Counted from the first letter of the stretch, positions 6,453 to 16,447 are shown. The stretch is DNA of 26,382 nucleotides from Elusimicrobiota bacterium (GCA_037137395.1 JBAXKK010000031.1:1-26382), one strand, 5' to 3'. Notes: a model not told the origin generated them from the sequence alone. Numbers and translations: made by a program.

Positions 6453-8660
6453 CTAAATCTTCATCTTTTTAAGCCGTAACGAATTCATCACTACCGAAAC
6501 AGAACTCAAGGCCATAGCGCCCCCGGCGAAATACGGCGGGATGGTCAGACCGAACGCGGGATAAAAAGCGCCGGCAGCGAGCGGGATGAGGATGATATTA
6601 TAAGCAAAGGCCCAGAGCAGGTTCTCGACAATCACCCTGCGGATAATCCTGGCGAGCTTCACGGCCTGGGCGACGCCGGCGATGCCGTTACGCATGAGCG
6701 TTATATCGCTTGCCCTGACCGCGATATCTGTGCCGGATCGGAGGGCTATACCGATATCGGCTTCCGAAAGAGCCGCCGCGTCGTTAAAGCCGTCGCCCAC
6801 GACCGCGACCTTCAGCCCCAGCGCTTTATGGCGCAGGACTATCTGCCGCTTCTCCTCAGGAAAAACCTCGGAGTAAAATTCAGTAATACCCAGCGTTACC
6901 GCGGCGGACGAAACAGCGGCCGCTCGGTCTCCGGAAGCGATTACAGGCTTTATACCCATAGCGGCCAGCTCTTTAATGAGCCCGGCGGCCTCAGGACGCA
7001 TAGAATCGGCAAGCGCGGCATATCCGACAAACCGCCCGTTTTCGGCCAGCAGAAGCAGGGAGCCGTCATCATCCCGGAGCTCCGACAGCGGACCCGCCGG
7101 CAGCTCCACGCCCTCCTCAATAAACCACTTCTGACTTCCAGCCTTGACCTCACGGCCCTTCAGCTGGGCGATTACGCCCTTGCCGGGAACCACCTCTATG
7201 GCGGACGGGGCCTCATAAGAAGGCACGCGGCCTTCGGCGTAAAGCCTGACCGCCGCCGCGAAGGGATGCTCCGATTTGGATTCGGCGCTTAAAAGCAGCG
7301 CCAGAAATTCCGCTTCGGTTATCATCCAGGGCCGCAGCTTTGAAACTTTAAGGCGGCCTTCGGTTATGGTGCCGGTCTTATCAAAGATTACGACGTCAAC
7401 TTTGGAGATGCGCTCCAACACATCACCGTTATTTATGAGAATTCCGAGGCCGGCGGCCCGGCCGAAGCCGACCGCCACGGCCATGGGCACGGCCAACCCC
7501 AAAGCGCAGGGGCAGGCCACGGCCAGCACCGCGGCGAACACATTCACCGAGCGGGAAACGTCGGTATAATAAAGCCAGAATCCCAGCGCCGTAAAAGCCG
7601 TCAGCAGGACAAAAGGTACGAACCAGGCCGCGATGCGGTCCACCAGCCGCTGGGTTGAGGTTTTAGCCGCCTGACTCTCCTCCACGGCCTTGATGATCTT
7701 CATCAGGACCATATCCTCCCCGACGCCGGTGGCTGAAAATTCGAGCGCGCCGGTAGTATTTATCGTCCCCGCGTAGATCCTGGAGCCGGGGCTTTTCTCC
7801 TGCGGCCGAGCCTCGCCGGTCAGGAGGGCTTCGTCTATGGCTGAGAAGCCGCCGAGGACCGTTCCGTCCACCGGCACTTGTTCCCCGGGCCGGAGCGAAA
7901 TCACATCACCGGGCAGTATTTCCTCAACTCGGATAAGCTCTTCTCTGCCGTCCCTGACGCGGCGCGCGAACTTGGGCGCGATTTTAAGCAGATTGGAAAC
8001 CGCTGCCGCCGCCGTGCTCTTTGAGCGGGCTTCAAGCCACCGCCCGAGATTTATAAAAGTGATCAGCATGGCCACCTCATGCCACTGCGCGTGGTAGGAC
8101 ATGGACATGGCGGCCGGAAAGACAGTAATAAATACGCCGTAGAAAAAAGTGACGCTGGTACTTAAAGAGACCAGCGTATTCATATCCGCGGCGCGCGCTT
8201 TAAGCGAGCGGATAAGGCCGGAGTGAAAATGGGAGCCGCACCACCACCAGGCAAAGGCGGCCGCGAGCATCATGGTGTATGGCGAAGAATCGAAAACGCG
8301 GCCCATCAGCAGGAAACCGGTAACCGCGAGCGAGACCAGGAATTTTTTCAGGAAATATCGTTTCTCACGCTCAAGCTCCGCACCGGCGATATTTTCGGCC
8401 TTGGCCGGCGATTGGGAAACAGCAAGCGCCTTGTAGCCCAATTCTGCGATCCTTAACGTTATCCCTTCGGTGGTAACGAGAGCCGGATCATAGGTTAAAA
8501 AAGCGGTTCTTGAAGGAAGGTGGACGGAGACACCGCGAATGCCGGGCATGCCGGCGAGGCCGCTCTCGATGCGCTCAACGCAGCTGGCGCAATGTACGCC
8601 CTCAAGGGGAATTACCGCTTTTTTTAAATTTTCTTTCTGAGAAATAAATTTATCGGGCAT
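6453..8660 (-). CDS. copA: Copper-translocating P1B-1 type ATPase
   Basis: N-terminal HMA GVHCASC, TGE, CPC, DKTGT, SEHP, GDGFND, TM7 YN and TM8 MALSS (Cu+ signature). Confidence 0.92.
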   Translation of the reverse strand: MPDKFISQKENLKKAVIPLEGVHCASCVERIESGLAGMPGIRGVSVHLPSRTAFLTYDPALVTTEGITLRIAELGYKALAVSQSPAKAENIAGAELEREKRYFLKKFLVSLAVTGFLLMGRVFDSSPYTMMLAAAFAWWWCGSHFHSGLIRSLKARAADMNTLVSLSTSVTFFYGVFITVFPAAMSMSYHAQWHEVAMLITFINLGRWLEARSKSTAAAAVSNLLKIAPKFARRVRDGREELIRVEEILPGDVISLRPGEQVPVDGTVLGGFSAIDEALLTGEARPQEKSPGSRIYAGTINTTGALEFSATGVGEDMVLMKIIKAVEESQAAKTSTQRLVDRIAAWFVPFVLLTAFTALGFWLYYTDVSRSVNVFAAVLAVACPCALGLAVPMAVAVGFGRAAGLGILINNGDVLERISKVDVVIFDKTGTITEGRLKVSKLRPWMITEAEFLALLLSAESKSEHPFAAAVRLYAEGRVPSYEAPSAIEVVPGKGVIAQLKGREVKAGSQKWFIEEGVELPAGPLSELRDDDGSLLLLAENGRFVGYAALADSMRPEAAGLIKELAAMGIKPVIASGDRAAAVSSAAVTLGITEFYSEVFPEEKRQIVLRHKALGLKVAVVGDGFNDAAALSEADIGIALRSGTDIAVRASDITLMRNGIAGVAQAVKLARIIRRVIVENLLWAFAYNIILIPLAAGAFYPAFGLTIPPYFAGGAMALSSVSVVMNSLRLKKMKI

Positions 8661-8668
8661 AATAAACT

Positions 8669-8826
8669 GCTATAAGCTTTAAGCCATATGCCATAGGCAG
8701 AATACCGGCTGCCGATTGCTATTTGCCGTACGCCATATACTTTAGAGAGTTCCTATTTTCCGCGTATGGCCTAAAGCCTATAGCCTATGGCTTATGGCCT
8801 ATGGCTTATGGCCTAAAGCTTATGGC
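8669..8826. repeat. Pair of mutually inverted heptamer arrays (GCCATAN)n ... (YTATGGC)n
   Basis: 8764-8826: gtatggc ctaaagc ctatagc ctatggc ttatggc ctatggc ttatggc ctaaagc ttatggc; 8669-8696 gctataa gctttaa gccatat gccatag and 8711-8738 gccgatt gctattt gccgtac gccatat. Confidence 0.88.
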
Positions 8827-8828
8827 AA

Positions 8829-9689
8829 TCAGCTTTTAACATGCAACAGCCACGCGTTTTCTATATCGCCGATATTTTTCCAGAGGCCCGGGAACGCCTC
8901 CAAAACAGCCGCATCCGCGGAAGCTCCGGACTTGAGCCTGGTGATAAAGATGGAAAAACCGAGCGTGCCGCCCTCGTTGATCATAAAAGAAACCACCGAG
9001 CCAACCTGTGCGTACCAGCGCTCAACAACAGCAGTTTGTTCCCCCTGCGGCGCCAGGTTGATCATCTGCGAAAAAGGAACGGGGTTGGGCTCCACCAGCG
9101 AAGTCACCCGCTGGCTATAAGCGGCTTTGGAGGAAACGGAAGCTCTGGTCTCCTCGTATACAGCCAGGCCTTCATTGATCCATTTAAAATCCACGCTGTT
9201 GGCCAGCCCCATAAACTCGTTAAAAATAAGATGCGTCATTTCGTGCGCGAGTATAGCGCCGGCCCCCTGGGATTCGTAAACCAATATGGCGTTGCCCTGC
9301 GACATCCCGCCCGACCAGTTCGGCTGGCCGGTCTTTTTTATATACTCAGCAGAGTCTTTATAGACGACAATATTATAAGGCTTGGCCAAAGAGAAAGAGT
9401 AGAGCCCCACGTCGCCCATCACCCGGTTGTATCCCTCCTCGCAGATAACGGAGTAGGAGACAGCAGTTTCACTGGCATAGGCTTTTACCAGGAAGTGGGC
9501 TCTTTCATAAGTTTTGTAGCCAGGCGCGAGCCCGGTATATGGCGGTTCAGTCGCCTGGATGTCGGGCCTGGAGATGCCCTCCAACGCTCCTTCCGGCAGC
9601 GGCACGCAGCCGCTCAACATCAGGGACAAAAACGCGGAGGCGCAGATGCATAAAGGGATAAATACGCGGCGGCATGAAGCGATGGTCAT
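8829..9689 (-). CDS. Putative lipoprotein zinc metallopeptidase (peptidase MA-like / gluzincin)
   Basis: Lipobox LSGC; HEMTH zinc motif followed by WINEGLAVYEE. Confidence 0.8.
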   Translation of the reverse strand: MTIASCRRVFIPLCICASAFLSLMLSGCVPLPEGALEGISRPDIQATEPPYTGLAPGYKTYERAHFLVKAYASETAVSYSVICEEGYNRVMGDVGLYSFSLAKPYNIVVYKDSAEYIKKTGQPNWSGGMSQGNAILVYESQGAGAILAHEMTHLIFNEFMGLANSVDFKWINEGLAVYEETRASVSSKAAYSQRVTSLVEPNPVPFSQMINLAPQGEQTAVVERWYAQVGSVVSFMINEGGTLGFSIFITRLKSGASADAAVLEAFPGLWKNIGDIENAWLLHVKS

Positions 9690-9691
9690 TT

Positions 9692-11851
9692 TCAGGATAT
9701 CTCCAGCATTTCGCCTGCAACTTTTATGCGGTTAAACCGGATGTCATATGGCAGCCCGGACAGGTCGTATTTGATATTGAGTATATCGAGCAGAAAATCG
9801 GGAACATTATAACCGGCGTAGGCTAAATTCTCCAGATGAAGATACACTTCCGGCAATAGCGCAGAAAGCGAAAGTTCCCAATACACTTCCTTTCCGTTAC
9901 GCTCTCCCGATATCTGCACCGTCTTATCCAGCTTCACCTCCATGTTTTGGAGGCCCGGGTATTTTCCGGCAAGATACTGCTGCAGGGAGTAGTTGCTTAT
10001 CTTTGCCGAAACGATCCGCACGATACCGGTTCCGGTTGTCTGGATGTCCGAGACAGCGCCGGTGTGCGAGCGGCAGGAAAAATCGGTTATCTCAATGGTG
10101 AGGCCGTAAATTTCCAAACCATCCAGGGTCGCGTAAGGAGAAAAAAGCGCGGCCTTGTCGTAAACGCCGCGGGCCGGATTAAAACCGGAAAGTCTGAGGG
10201 TACCCTCCTCCATGAGGACCCCCCCCAGGTTCACTTCTTTAAAGGAATATTTTCCCTCCGGGAACGCGGGCCGGGATACCGGATTTTTAGCGTAAAGGAC
10301 AAGCTGGGAAGTATCCGCCAGATTAAACGAGGCCGCGCGGGAAAAAGCCTTGGCGAACCAGGGTCTGGATATCTCCGCGGCCAGCGGGGCCCAATCGCCG
10401 GATCTTACAGAGCCGAAAGCGCCGGTCTTATAGACCACGAAATCCGCCAGACCGAGCGTGCCGAGCTGCGGCACGGCAAACTTCATCGCGGCATGGCCCA
10501 GCTTCTCAGAAAGATAATTCAGGCTCGTATGATTAAAGTTTTCATCCTCGCCTACCAGGGCAACCTTAGCTGCCTCCGGTCCGGCCGCCCTAGACTCAAG
10601 CTCGGCCATCAGATCCGGCATCCGGTATTGCGCCCCGGAGGGCTTGGGACTGCCGGCTAAACGGGCACCCCATAGAGAAACAGGCGCCACCAGCCCGGAT
10701 TGGTTCACCACAAGTAAAAGCAGGGCCAGACCCATCAGGTATTTGCGCGCCCGACCGGGCGTCATCACCGCCACCGCCAGGGCCATGGGCAACATCGCGG
10801 GGTACATATATTCAGGCCGGCCTTTGAACAGAAAATAAATTATCACTAAAGGAACCCAGAACCAGGCGGCAACTATTTTTCTGGAAGCGTACGGCATAAA
10901 GACGGAAAAATACATCCAGACAAGCGCCGCGGCTCCTAGCAGGAAGAGCGGGAAGCCGGCAAGCCAGGAAAGGCTGGCCAGGCAGAGCCATAGCCCCGGC
11001 CTTAATGCTTCCGCCGCGGCGGAGCCGGAAAAATATTGCACCGCCCAGGAGACGGAGGCGAAAGCGTACCAGGGCATAGCCAGAACCGCACCCGGCAGCA
11101 GACCCTTAAGGATAGAAACTCCGGACAACTGATTGGTAAGGCCGCTTATAATGAAAGGGACAAGCGGAAGCATATAGACCCAGAACATGGTATCGGCGAA
11201 AAATCCGAGACCAAAAAAAACACCGCACCATAAACTCCAGGACGGATATTCAAATTCTTCGGAATTTATGAAAGCCGCGTAAGCAGCCGCGGCCAGCGCC
11301 ATGGAAGCCAGCCTGTAATCTGGATGTCTGGCTGTTTCCAGGACGAAAGGCATAGCCATTGCTACAGAAACTCCGAGCCAGCCGGATTTATTATTCCGGT
11401 TCTTTTTTACCGCAATGAAGACGGCCAGTGCCAACCCGGTCAGGTAAAACGTGTTAACAAGGATCATCGCCCAATTCAGGTTGCCGGTAATAAATTTAAG
11501 AACCGGCACATAGGTGAGATAGTAAAGCGGCGGGACCACCGGGGAACCGAAACCATTTGAAAGCGGCTTAAAAAGATTCCAGACGCCGCCGGACCTAAAA
11601 TGATCCAGGCAGGTGAAGGCCATTTGGAAACCTGCGGAGTCTGCGGCGGTAAACAAATACCCCTGCCTCAGCACCCACTGGGCGGTAAGCAGTGACGCGA
11701 ACAGCCCTATGGCGAGGGCGACGGCCAGGCCCTTGCCAAGGCTTTCGCGCTGCTGCACGACCAGCTCTTTTTCAAACATGATGCTTTCAAAACTCATCCT
11801 GTTAGCGAGAAATCTTTTACGCCAACCGGAAATTTCTTTTTTTTCAGTCAT
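9692..11851 (-). CDS. Polytopic membrane protein, possibly GT-C (ArnT/PMT-like) glycosyltransferase with large C-terminal soluble domain
   Basis: About 11 hydrophobic segments; TAADSA after TM1, PPLYY, RPEYMYPAMLP resemble GT-C motifs; ~300-aa beta-rich C-terminal region. Family assignment by resemblance only. Confidence 0.55.
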   Translation of the reverse strand: MTEKKEISGWRKRFLANRMSFESIMFEKELVVQQRESLGKGLAVALAIGLFASLLTAQWVLRQGYLFTAADSAGFQMAFTCLDHFRSGGVWNLFKPLSNGFGSPVVPPLYYLTYVPVLKFITGNLNWAMILVNTFYLTGLALAVFIAVKKNRNNKSGWLGVSVAMAMPFVLETARHPDYRLASMALAAAAYAAFINSEEFEYPSWSLWCGVFFGLGFFADTMFWVYMLPLVPFIISGLTNQLSGVSILKGLLPGAVLAMPWYAFASVSWAVQYFSGSAAAEALRPGLWLCLASLSWLAGFPLFLLGAAALVWMYFSVFMPYASRKIVAAWFWVPLVIIYFLFKGRPEYMYPAMLPMALAVAVMTPGRARKYLMGLALLLLVVNQSGLVAPVSLWGARLAGSPKPSGAQYRMPDLMAELESRAAGPEAAKVALVGEDENFNHTSLNYLSEKLGHAAMKFAVPQLGTLGLADFVVYKTGAFGSVRSGDWAPLAAEISRPWFAKAFSRAASFNLADTSQLVLYAKNPVSRPAFPEGKYSFKEVNLGGVLMEEGTLRLSGFNPARGVYDKAALFSPYATLDGLEIYGLTIEITDFSCRSHTGAVSDIQTTGTGIVRIVSAKISNYSLQQYLAGKYPGLQNMEVKLDKTVQISGERNGKEVYWELSLSALLPEVYLHLENLAYAGYNVPDFLLDILNIKYDLSGLPYDIRFNRIKVAGEMLEIS

Positions 11852-11912
11852 AAGCGGTCTCTCTTGAATGGACGTGGATTGGTTTAATCATTACACCTAA
11901 ACAGCCTTTTCT

Positions 11913-12881
11913 CTAACGCTTTTTTAATCCTTTTCTGAAGGGCTTCTTCACTGCCGCCGGAACCGGCCGGTCAAGAGCGGATAATCTGGCCATATAAAGC
12001 CCGGTGTTGGCGGGATCCAGCGCCAGTGCTCTTGAATAGCTCTCACGGGCCGCCGGCAAGTTTCTCATAAGCGCGTAAACGTCGCCTTTGAGCATCCAGG
12101 CGCGCGCGTAAGCGGGAGCGGCCTGCAGCGTAAGATCCAGGTCTTTCAGCGCGTCCTCGTAGCGGCCGGTCTTTAAAACCGCCAGTGTGTGCCAGTAAAG
12201 ATAAGCCCCGGCGTCGGGTCTGAGTTCCACGGCTTTTTTAAGATCTTCAATCGCGCCGGGATAATTTTTCGAGTTATACTTCAGGCGGCCGCGCTCAAAC
12301 CAAACCGGCGCGGAGAGTGTATTGGCGTTCAGCAGTAAGTTTAAATCTTCGAATGCCGTTACAGAGTCGCCTAGCTTGACTGCGGCCAGAGCGCGCTGAT
12401 ACCTCGCCAATTCAAGCTTTGGATCCAATTCTATCGCCCTGGTGAGGTCGGCCATGGAGCCGGGATAGTCGGAAAGTTTATAGCGGGCTATGCCCCGGTT
12501 GAGATAGGCGTAGGCGTAAGAGGGATCCAGCTCCAGAGCGGAGGAAAGGCGGCTGACCGCCGCGGAGTATTCTCCTGAATCAAGGTAAAGCGCGGCCAGA
12601 TTATTATAGGCCGGGCCGTATGAGGGGTCCATATCTATGGCCTTCCCGTAGTCGTACGCGGCTTTCTGTTTGTCGCCGAGCTTTTCATAGACCATAGCGC
12701 GGGAGGTAAGAGCCTCCGGATACTTCTTCTTCAGCAGCAGGGCCTTGTTATACATCTCAATGGACTTCATTGTCCGGCCGGACAAAGCCAGCCGGTTCCC
12801 CTGTTCAAAATAGTATTCAGGCGACCTGTTGCAGGCGGCCGTAAAAAACAGCAGAGTCAGAATAGCGAGATGGTTTTTCAT
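11913..12881 (-). CDS. TPR-repeat lipoprotein
   Basis: Likely start MKNHL at 12881; lipobox-like FTAAC; multiple TPRs (AYNNLAALY, AYLNRGIARY, VWFERGRLKY, AWMLKGDVY). Confidence 0.88.
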   Translation of the reverse strand: MKNHLAILTLLFFTAACNRSPEYYFEQGNRLALSGRTMKSIEMYNKALLLKKKYPEALTSRAMVYEKLGDKQKAAYDYGKAIDMDPSYGPAYNNLAALYLDSGEYSAAVSRLSSALELDPSYAYAYLNRGIARYKLSDYPGSMADLTRAIELDPKLELARYQRALAAVKLGDSVTAFEDLNLLLNANTLSAPVWFERGRLKYNSKNYPGAIEDLKKAVELRPDAGAYLYWHTLAVLKTGRYEDALKDLDLTLQAAPAYARAWMLKGDVYALMRNLPAARESYSRALALDPANTGLYMARLSALDRPVPAAVKKPFRKGLKKR

Positions 12882-12892
12882 AAAGATTCTAA

Positions 12893-12932
12893 ACAGCGAG
12901 ACAGCGCGGCAGCAAGACAGCAAGACAGTAGT
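12893..12932. repeat. Degenerate octamer tandem array (ACAGCAAG)x5
   Basis: acagcgag acagcgcg gcagcaag acagcaag acagtagt between lspA and the TPR gene start. Confidence 0.7.
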
Positions 12933-12950
12933 TCCACTAACTTTTTAAGA

Positions 12951-13430
12951 TCATTCCCTGAGACCTAAGATCAGAAAAAAAGCTCCGACCGTTATTGCGC
13001 TATCGGCGATATTAAAAACAGCCGGGAAAAAAGAAAAATCAAAAAAATCAACCACGAAACCATAAGCCAGCCTGTCATAGAGGTTCCCGAGCGCCCCCCC
13101 CAGAACCAGCGCCAGGCCAACGGAAGCGGCTAAGCCCTGCCCGGAGTATTTCAGCCTCATTACAATAAGCGCGGCGATAAGAATGACCGAAAACACTATA
13201 AAAAAGTTATTGCTATCCCTGAACATGCCGAAAGCCACGCCGGTATTTTCAACATACGTGAACCTTAAAAAAGGCAGGATCACCTCAGATTTAAGATACA
13301 GATATTTGAGAGTGAGGGCCTTAGTGAGGCGGTCCAGGGAAAAAACCGCCAGAACCAATGCCGGCTCAAGCCCCCTGATAAGAAAGCCTGGGGCCTTAAT
13401 TTTTTCACAGGCGTTCACAAATAGACCCAT
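12951..13430 (-). CDS. lspA: Lipoprotein signal peptidase II
   Basis: DRLTK, ENTGVAFG, GGALGNLYDR, VVDF, FNIADSAI; classic position after ileS. Confidence 0.96.
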   Translation of the reverse strand: MGLFVNACEKIKAPGFLIRGLEPALVLAVFSLDRLTKALTLKYLYLKSEVILPFLRFTYVENTGVAFGMFRDSNNFFIVFSVILIAALIVMRLKYSGQGLAASVGLALVLGGALGNLYDRLAYGFVVDFFDFSFFPAVFNIADSAITVGAFFLILGLRE

Positions 13431-13450
13431 AGTTAGTGTAGTGTCCCGCC

Positions 13451-16312
13451 TTAGGCCTTTATTTTATTCAGGGCTTCGGCGCAGCGGCCGCAGACTCCGG
13501 CGAGCGCGGGATCCGTGCCAATATCTTTCTTCCATTGCCAACAGCGCGGGCACTTGGCCCCGTCGGCGTGCTCTACCCGCACTTCAAACTCCCCGGCCGC
13601 CGGGTCAAGTTCAAGCGCGCAGGATGAAACGATAAGTATCTGCGGCCAGAAAGACAGCGTATCGGAAAGGAATTTATTCATATCCGCGCCGGAAGTGCGG
13701 AAAGTGACTTTGGCCTCCAGGGAAGACCCGACGACGCCTTCGCGGCGGCGCTCCTCTATGGCCTTGGTAACTGTTTCGCGCAGCCCCATCATGCGCGCCC
13801 ATTTTTCCCCGAGTTCTTTATCCAGTCGCGAAGCCGGGAATTGTGGATAATCGGTCAGGAAAACGCTTTCTTCCAGCCCCGGCGCTATCTCGGATTTAAG
13901 CGTCTGCCAGCCTTCCTCGGCCGTGAACGACAGCACGGGGCTGACCATTTTAAGCACGGCGGTCAGGATGTCATAAAGCGCGGTCTGGGCTGAGCGGCGC
14001 TCCAAGGAATCCGCGCTATAAGTGTACAGCCGGTCCTTAAGAGCGTCCAGATAAAAAGCCGACAGGTCCAGGATGCAGAAATCCGTGACGGCGCGTATGG
14101 CCTGACGGAACTCAAAGGACTCATAATGCCCGCGAACCTTTGCAGTGACTTCTGCCAGACGCATAAGCATAAAGCGGTCGATCTCCAGAAGGCGCGAATC
14201 CTCGAGGCTGTTTTCCGGTTTAAAGTCGCTCAGATTCCCGAGCAGGTAGCGCATAGTGTTGCGGATCTTGCGGTAGGTGTCTATGGGACCGCTGAGCAGC
14301 TTGTCTGAAATGCGAATGTCCTCGGAATAATCGCTTAGCGCCACCCACAGGCGCAAAACTTCGGCGCCGTACTTGGTTATGACTTCCTGAGGAGCCACGA
14401 CGTTGCCCATAGATTTATGCATGGCCCGGCCGTGGTCGTCAAGGACGAAGCCGTGGGTGAGCACGGTCTTATAGGGCGGATGGCCGTTGAGCGCCACCGA
14501 CGGAATAAGGGAGGTCTGGAACCAGCCGCGGTGCTGGTCGGAACCTTCCAGATATATGTCAGCGGGGTAGGCGGAGCCTTTGTCGAGAGGCGCCGGGACG
14601 GATTGGCTGCCGGTCGCCAGGAATCTGTTTTTGTCTTTCAGAACAGCGTACCAGGAAACGCCCGAGTCCAACCAGACGTCCATGATGTCTTTTTCTTTGC
14701 GGAACGCGGTTCCGCCGCAGGCGCATTTATATCCTTCGGGAAGCAAATTTTTAACATCCTCGGAGAACCAGAAATCACTGCCTTCCCTGAACACTCTTTC
14801 CTCAAAGCCTTTCAGCAGGCCGCTGCCTGTCTGAGGCTTGCCGCAATCCTCGCAGTACAGCGCCATGATCGGAGTCCCCCAATATCTCTGGCGGGAAAGA
14901 CACCAGTCAGGCCGCTGCTTAAGCATGGAAACCATGCGTTCGTGGCCGGCTTTGGGGATCCATTCAACCTTGTCGGCCTCCTTCAGCAGCGTGCCGCGCA
15001 GATCTTTCAGGTCCACCTTAAGGAACCATTGCTCCGTGGCACGAAAGATGACAGGCTGTTTGCAGCGCCAGCAGTGCGGATAGCTGTGGGTTATAACCTT
15101 GGAGCCGAGCAGCAACCCGTCTCCCTTCAGGGTCTCAAGCACTTTTTCATTAGCCTCAAAAACTTTCAGCCCCTCAAATATGCCGGCGTCAGCGGTGAAG
15201 CGGCCTTCCTCGTTTACCGGGCAGAACACTTCAAGCCCCCATTTCTTACCGGCGTGAAAGTCTTCCTCGCCGTGCCCGGGCGCTATATGCACGATGCCCG
15301 TGCCGGTGGACATGTCCACGAAATCCGTGGAGATTATAACCCTTGGAAAGCGACGGCTTTCAGGCATATGCGTCGCGAGGCAATGGTCGTATTTCAGACC
15401 AATTAATTTTTCGCCGGCGATCTGCGCGCCCCTAGAAGCGTTAACGCCGGTCTCGGCCAGGAAAGCATCCGCCAGTTTATCGGCAACTATCAGATATTCA
15501 CCGTCTGTGTTCAGTAAACGATAGGTTTCTTCTTTTGATACGGCGGCCGCCATATTGGACGGCAGGGTCCAAGGCGTGGTGGTCCAGATAACGATAGAAA
15601 CCTTTCGCCCTTCTACCGCGGAGCCGAAAAGAGACGTTAAAGGGGACTGAAGAGGGAATTTAACATAGACTGACGGCGAGGTCTTGTCCTTGTATTCAAC
15701 CTCGGCGTCGGCCAGGGCGGTCTCGCAGGAGATACACCAGTAAATAGTCTTCTTATCCCGGTGAATATAGCCCTTTTCCAGCAGCTCACGGAAAGCTTTT
15801 ATGACCGTGCCCTCGTAGTCGTTGGACATGGTGATATAAGGGTTGGACCAGTCGCCCATAATGCCCAGACGCTTAAATTCTTCGCGCTGTATGTCTATAA
15901 ATTTCCCGGCAAATTCTCTGGCCGTTTTCCTGAAAGCGGCGACGTCGTCAATATGCCTTTTCCCCATCTTAAGTTCTTTGAGCAGGGCCTGCTCGATTGG
16001 AAGGCCGTGACAATCCCAGCCGGGAATATAAGGCGTATAATGACCGGTAAGGCACCGAGACTTTACCGTCATATCTTTTAGCAGTTTATTCAGGGCGTGG
16101 CCGATATGAATATGGCCGTTGGCGTAGGGCGGCCCGTCGTGCAGGATATAAGGCTTGGCGTCTTTACGTTTTTCCAGCATTTTGGCGTAAAGGTTGATTT
16201 TATTCCAGAATTCCAGCAGGCCGGGCTCTTTTTTGGGCAGGTCAGCTTTCATGGAGAAAGCCGTCCTGGGCAGAAAAACCGTTTTGGAGTAATCCATGTT
16301 TTCAGTGGGCAT
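13451..16312 (-). CDS. ileS: Isoleucine--tRNA ligase (type 1, C-terminal Zn finger)
   Basis: HDGPPYANGHIHIGH, GWDCHGLPIE, WTTTPWT, EGSDQHRGWF, AMHKS (KMSKS loop), CPRCW...CGRC. Confidence 0.98.
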   Translation of the reverse strand: MPTENMDYSKTVFLPRTAFSMKADLPKKEPGLLEFWNKINLYAKMLEKRKDAKPYILHDGPPYANGHIHIGHALNKLLKDMTVKSRCLTGHYTPYIPGWDCHGLPIEQALLKELKMGKRHIDDVAAFRKTAREFAGKFIDIQREEFKRLGIMGDWSNPYITMSNDYEGTVIKAFRELLEKGYIHRDKKTIYWCISCETALADAEVEYKDKTSPSVYVKFPLQSPLTSLFGSAVEGRKVSIVIWTTTPWTLPSNMAAAVSKEETYRLLNTDGEYLIVADKLADAFLAETGVNASRGAQIAGEKLIGLKYDHCLATHMPESRRFPRVIISTDFVDMSTGTGIVHIAPGHGEEDFHAGKKWGLEVFCPVNEEGRFTADAGIFEGLKVFEANEKVLETLKGDGLLLGSKVITHSYPHCWRCKQPVIFRATEQWFLKVDLKDLRGTLLKEADKVEWIPKAGHERMVSMLKQRPDWCLSRQRYWGTPIMALYCEDCGKPQTGSGLLKGFEERVFREGSDFWFSEDVKNLLPEGYKCACGGTAFRKEKDIMDVWLDSGVSWYAVLKDKNRFLATGSQSVPAPLDKGSAYPADIYLEGSDQHRGWFQTSLIPSVALNGHPPYKTVLTHGFVLDDHGRAMHKSMGNVVAPQEVITKYGAEVLRLWVALSDYSEDIRISDKLLSGPIDTYRKIRNTMRYLLGNLSDFKPENSLEDSRLLEIDRFMLMRLAEVTAKVRGHYESFEFRQAIRAVTDFCILDLSAFYLDALKDRLYTYSADSLERRSAQTALYDILTAVLKMVSPVLSFTAEEGWQTLKSEIAPGLEESVFLTDYPQFPASRLDKELGEKWARMMGLRETVTKAIEERRREGVVGSSLEAKVTFRTSGADMNKFLSDTLSFWPQILIVSSCALELDPAAGEFEVRVEHADGAKCPRCWQWKKDIGTDPALAGVCGRCAEALNKIKA

Positions 16313-16369
16313 CTGTATAATATCCTCGCGTCGTTCTATATAAAATCAAAATAATTATACAAAATATAA

Positions 16370-16419
16370 CAGGCTCCTTTTTGGATGTTTGGGATACAAA
16401 AACATCAAAAAGGAGCCTG
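16370..16419 (-). terminator. Long hairpin, probable intrinsic terminator of the motA-cc-motB operon
   Basis: caggctcctttttggatgttt ... aaacatcaaaaaggagcctg (~20-bp stem) followed on the minus strand by TTATATTTT; a minus-strand TATAAT (16354-16359) follows as possible ileS -10. Confidence 0.7.
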
Positions 16420-16447
16420 ATTTTGAAGGTTGACTTGAAAGGGAATC

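Noticed and set aside
14417..15406. Long antisense ORFs (also 8841-9653, 9947-10660, 17146-17883, 18537-19130)
   Set aside because: Shadow frames opposite well-supported genes, expected in GC-rich coding DNA.
16313..16447. T-box leader for ileS
   Set aside because: Too short and no T-box motif; the hairpin is better explained as the motB terminator.
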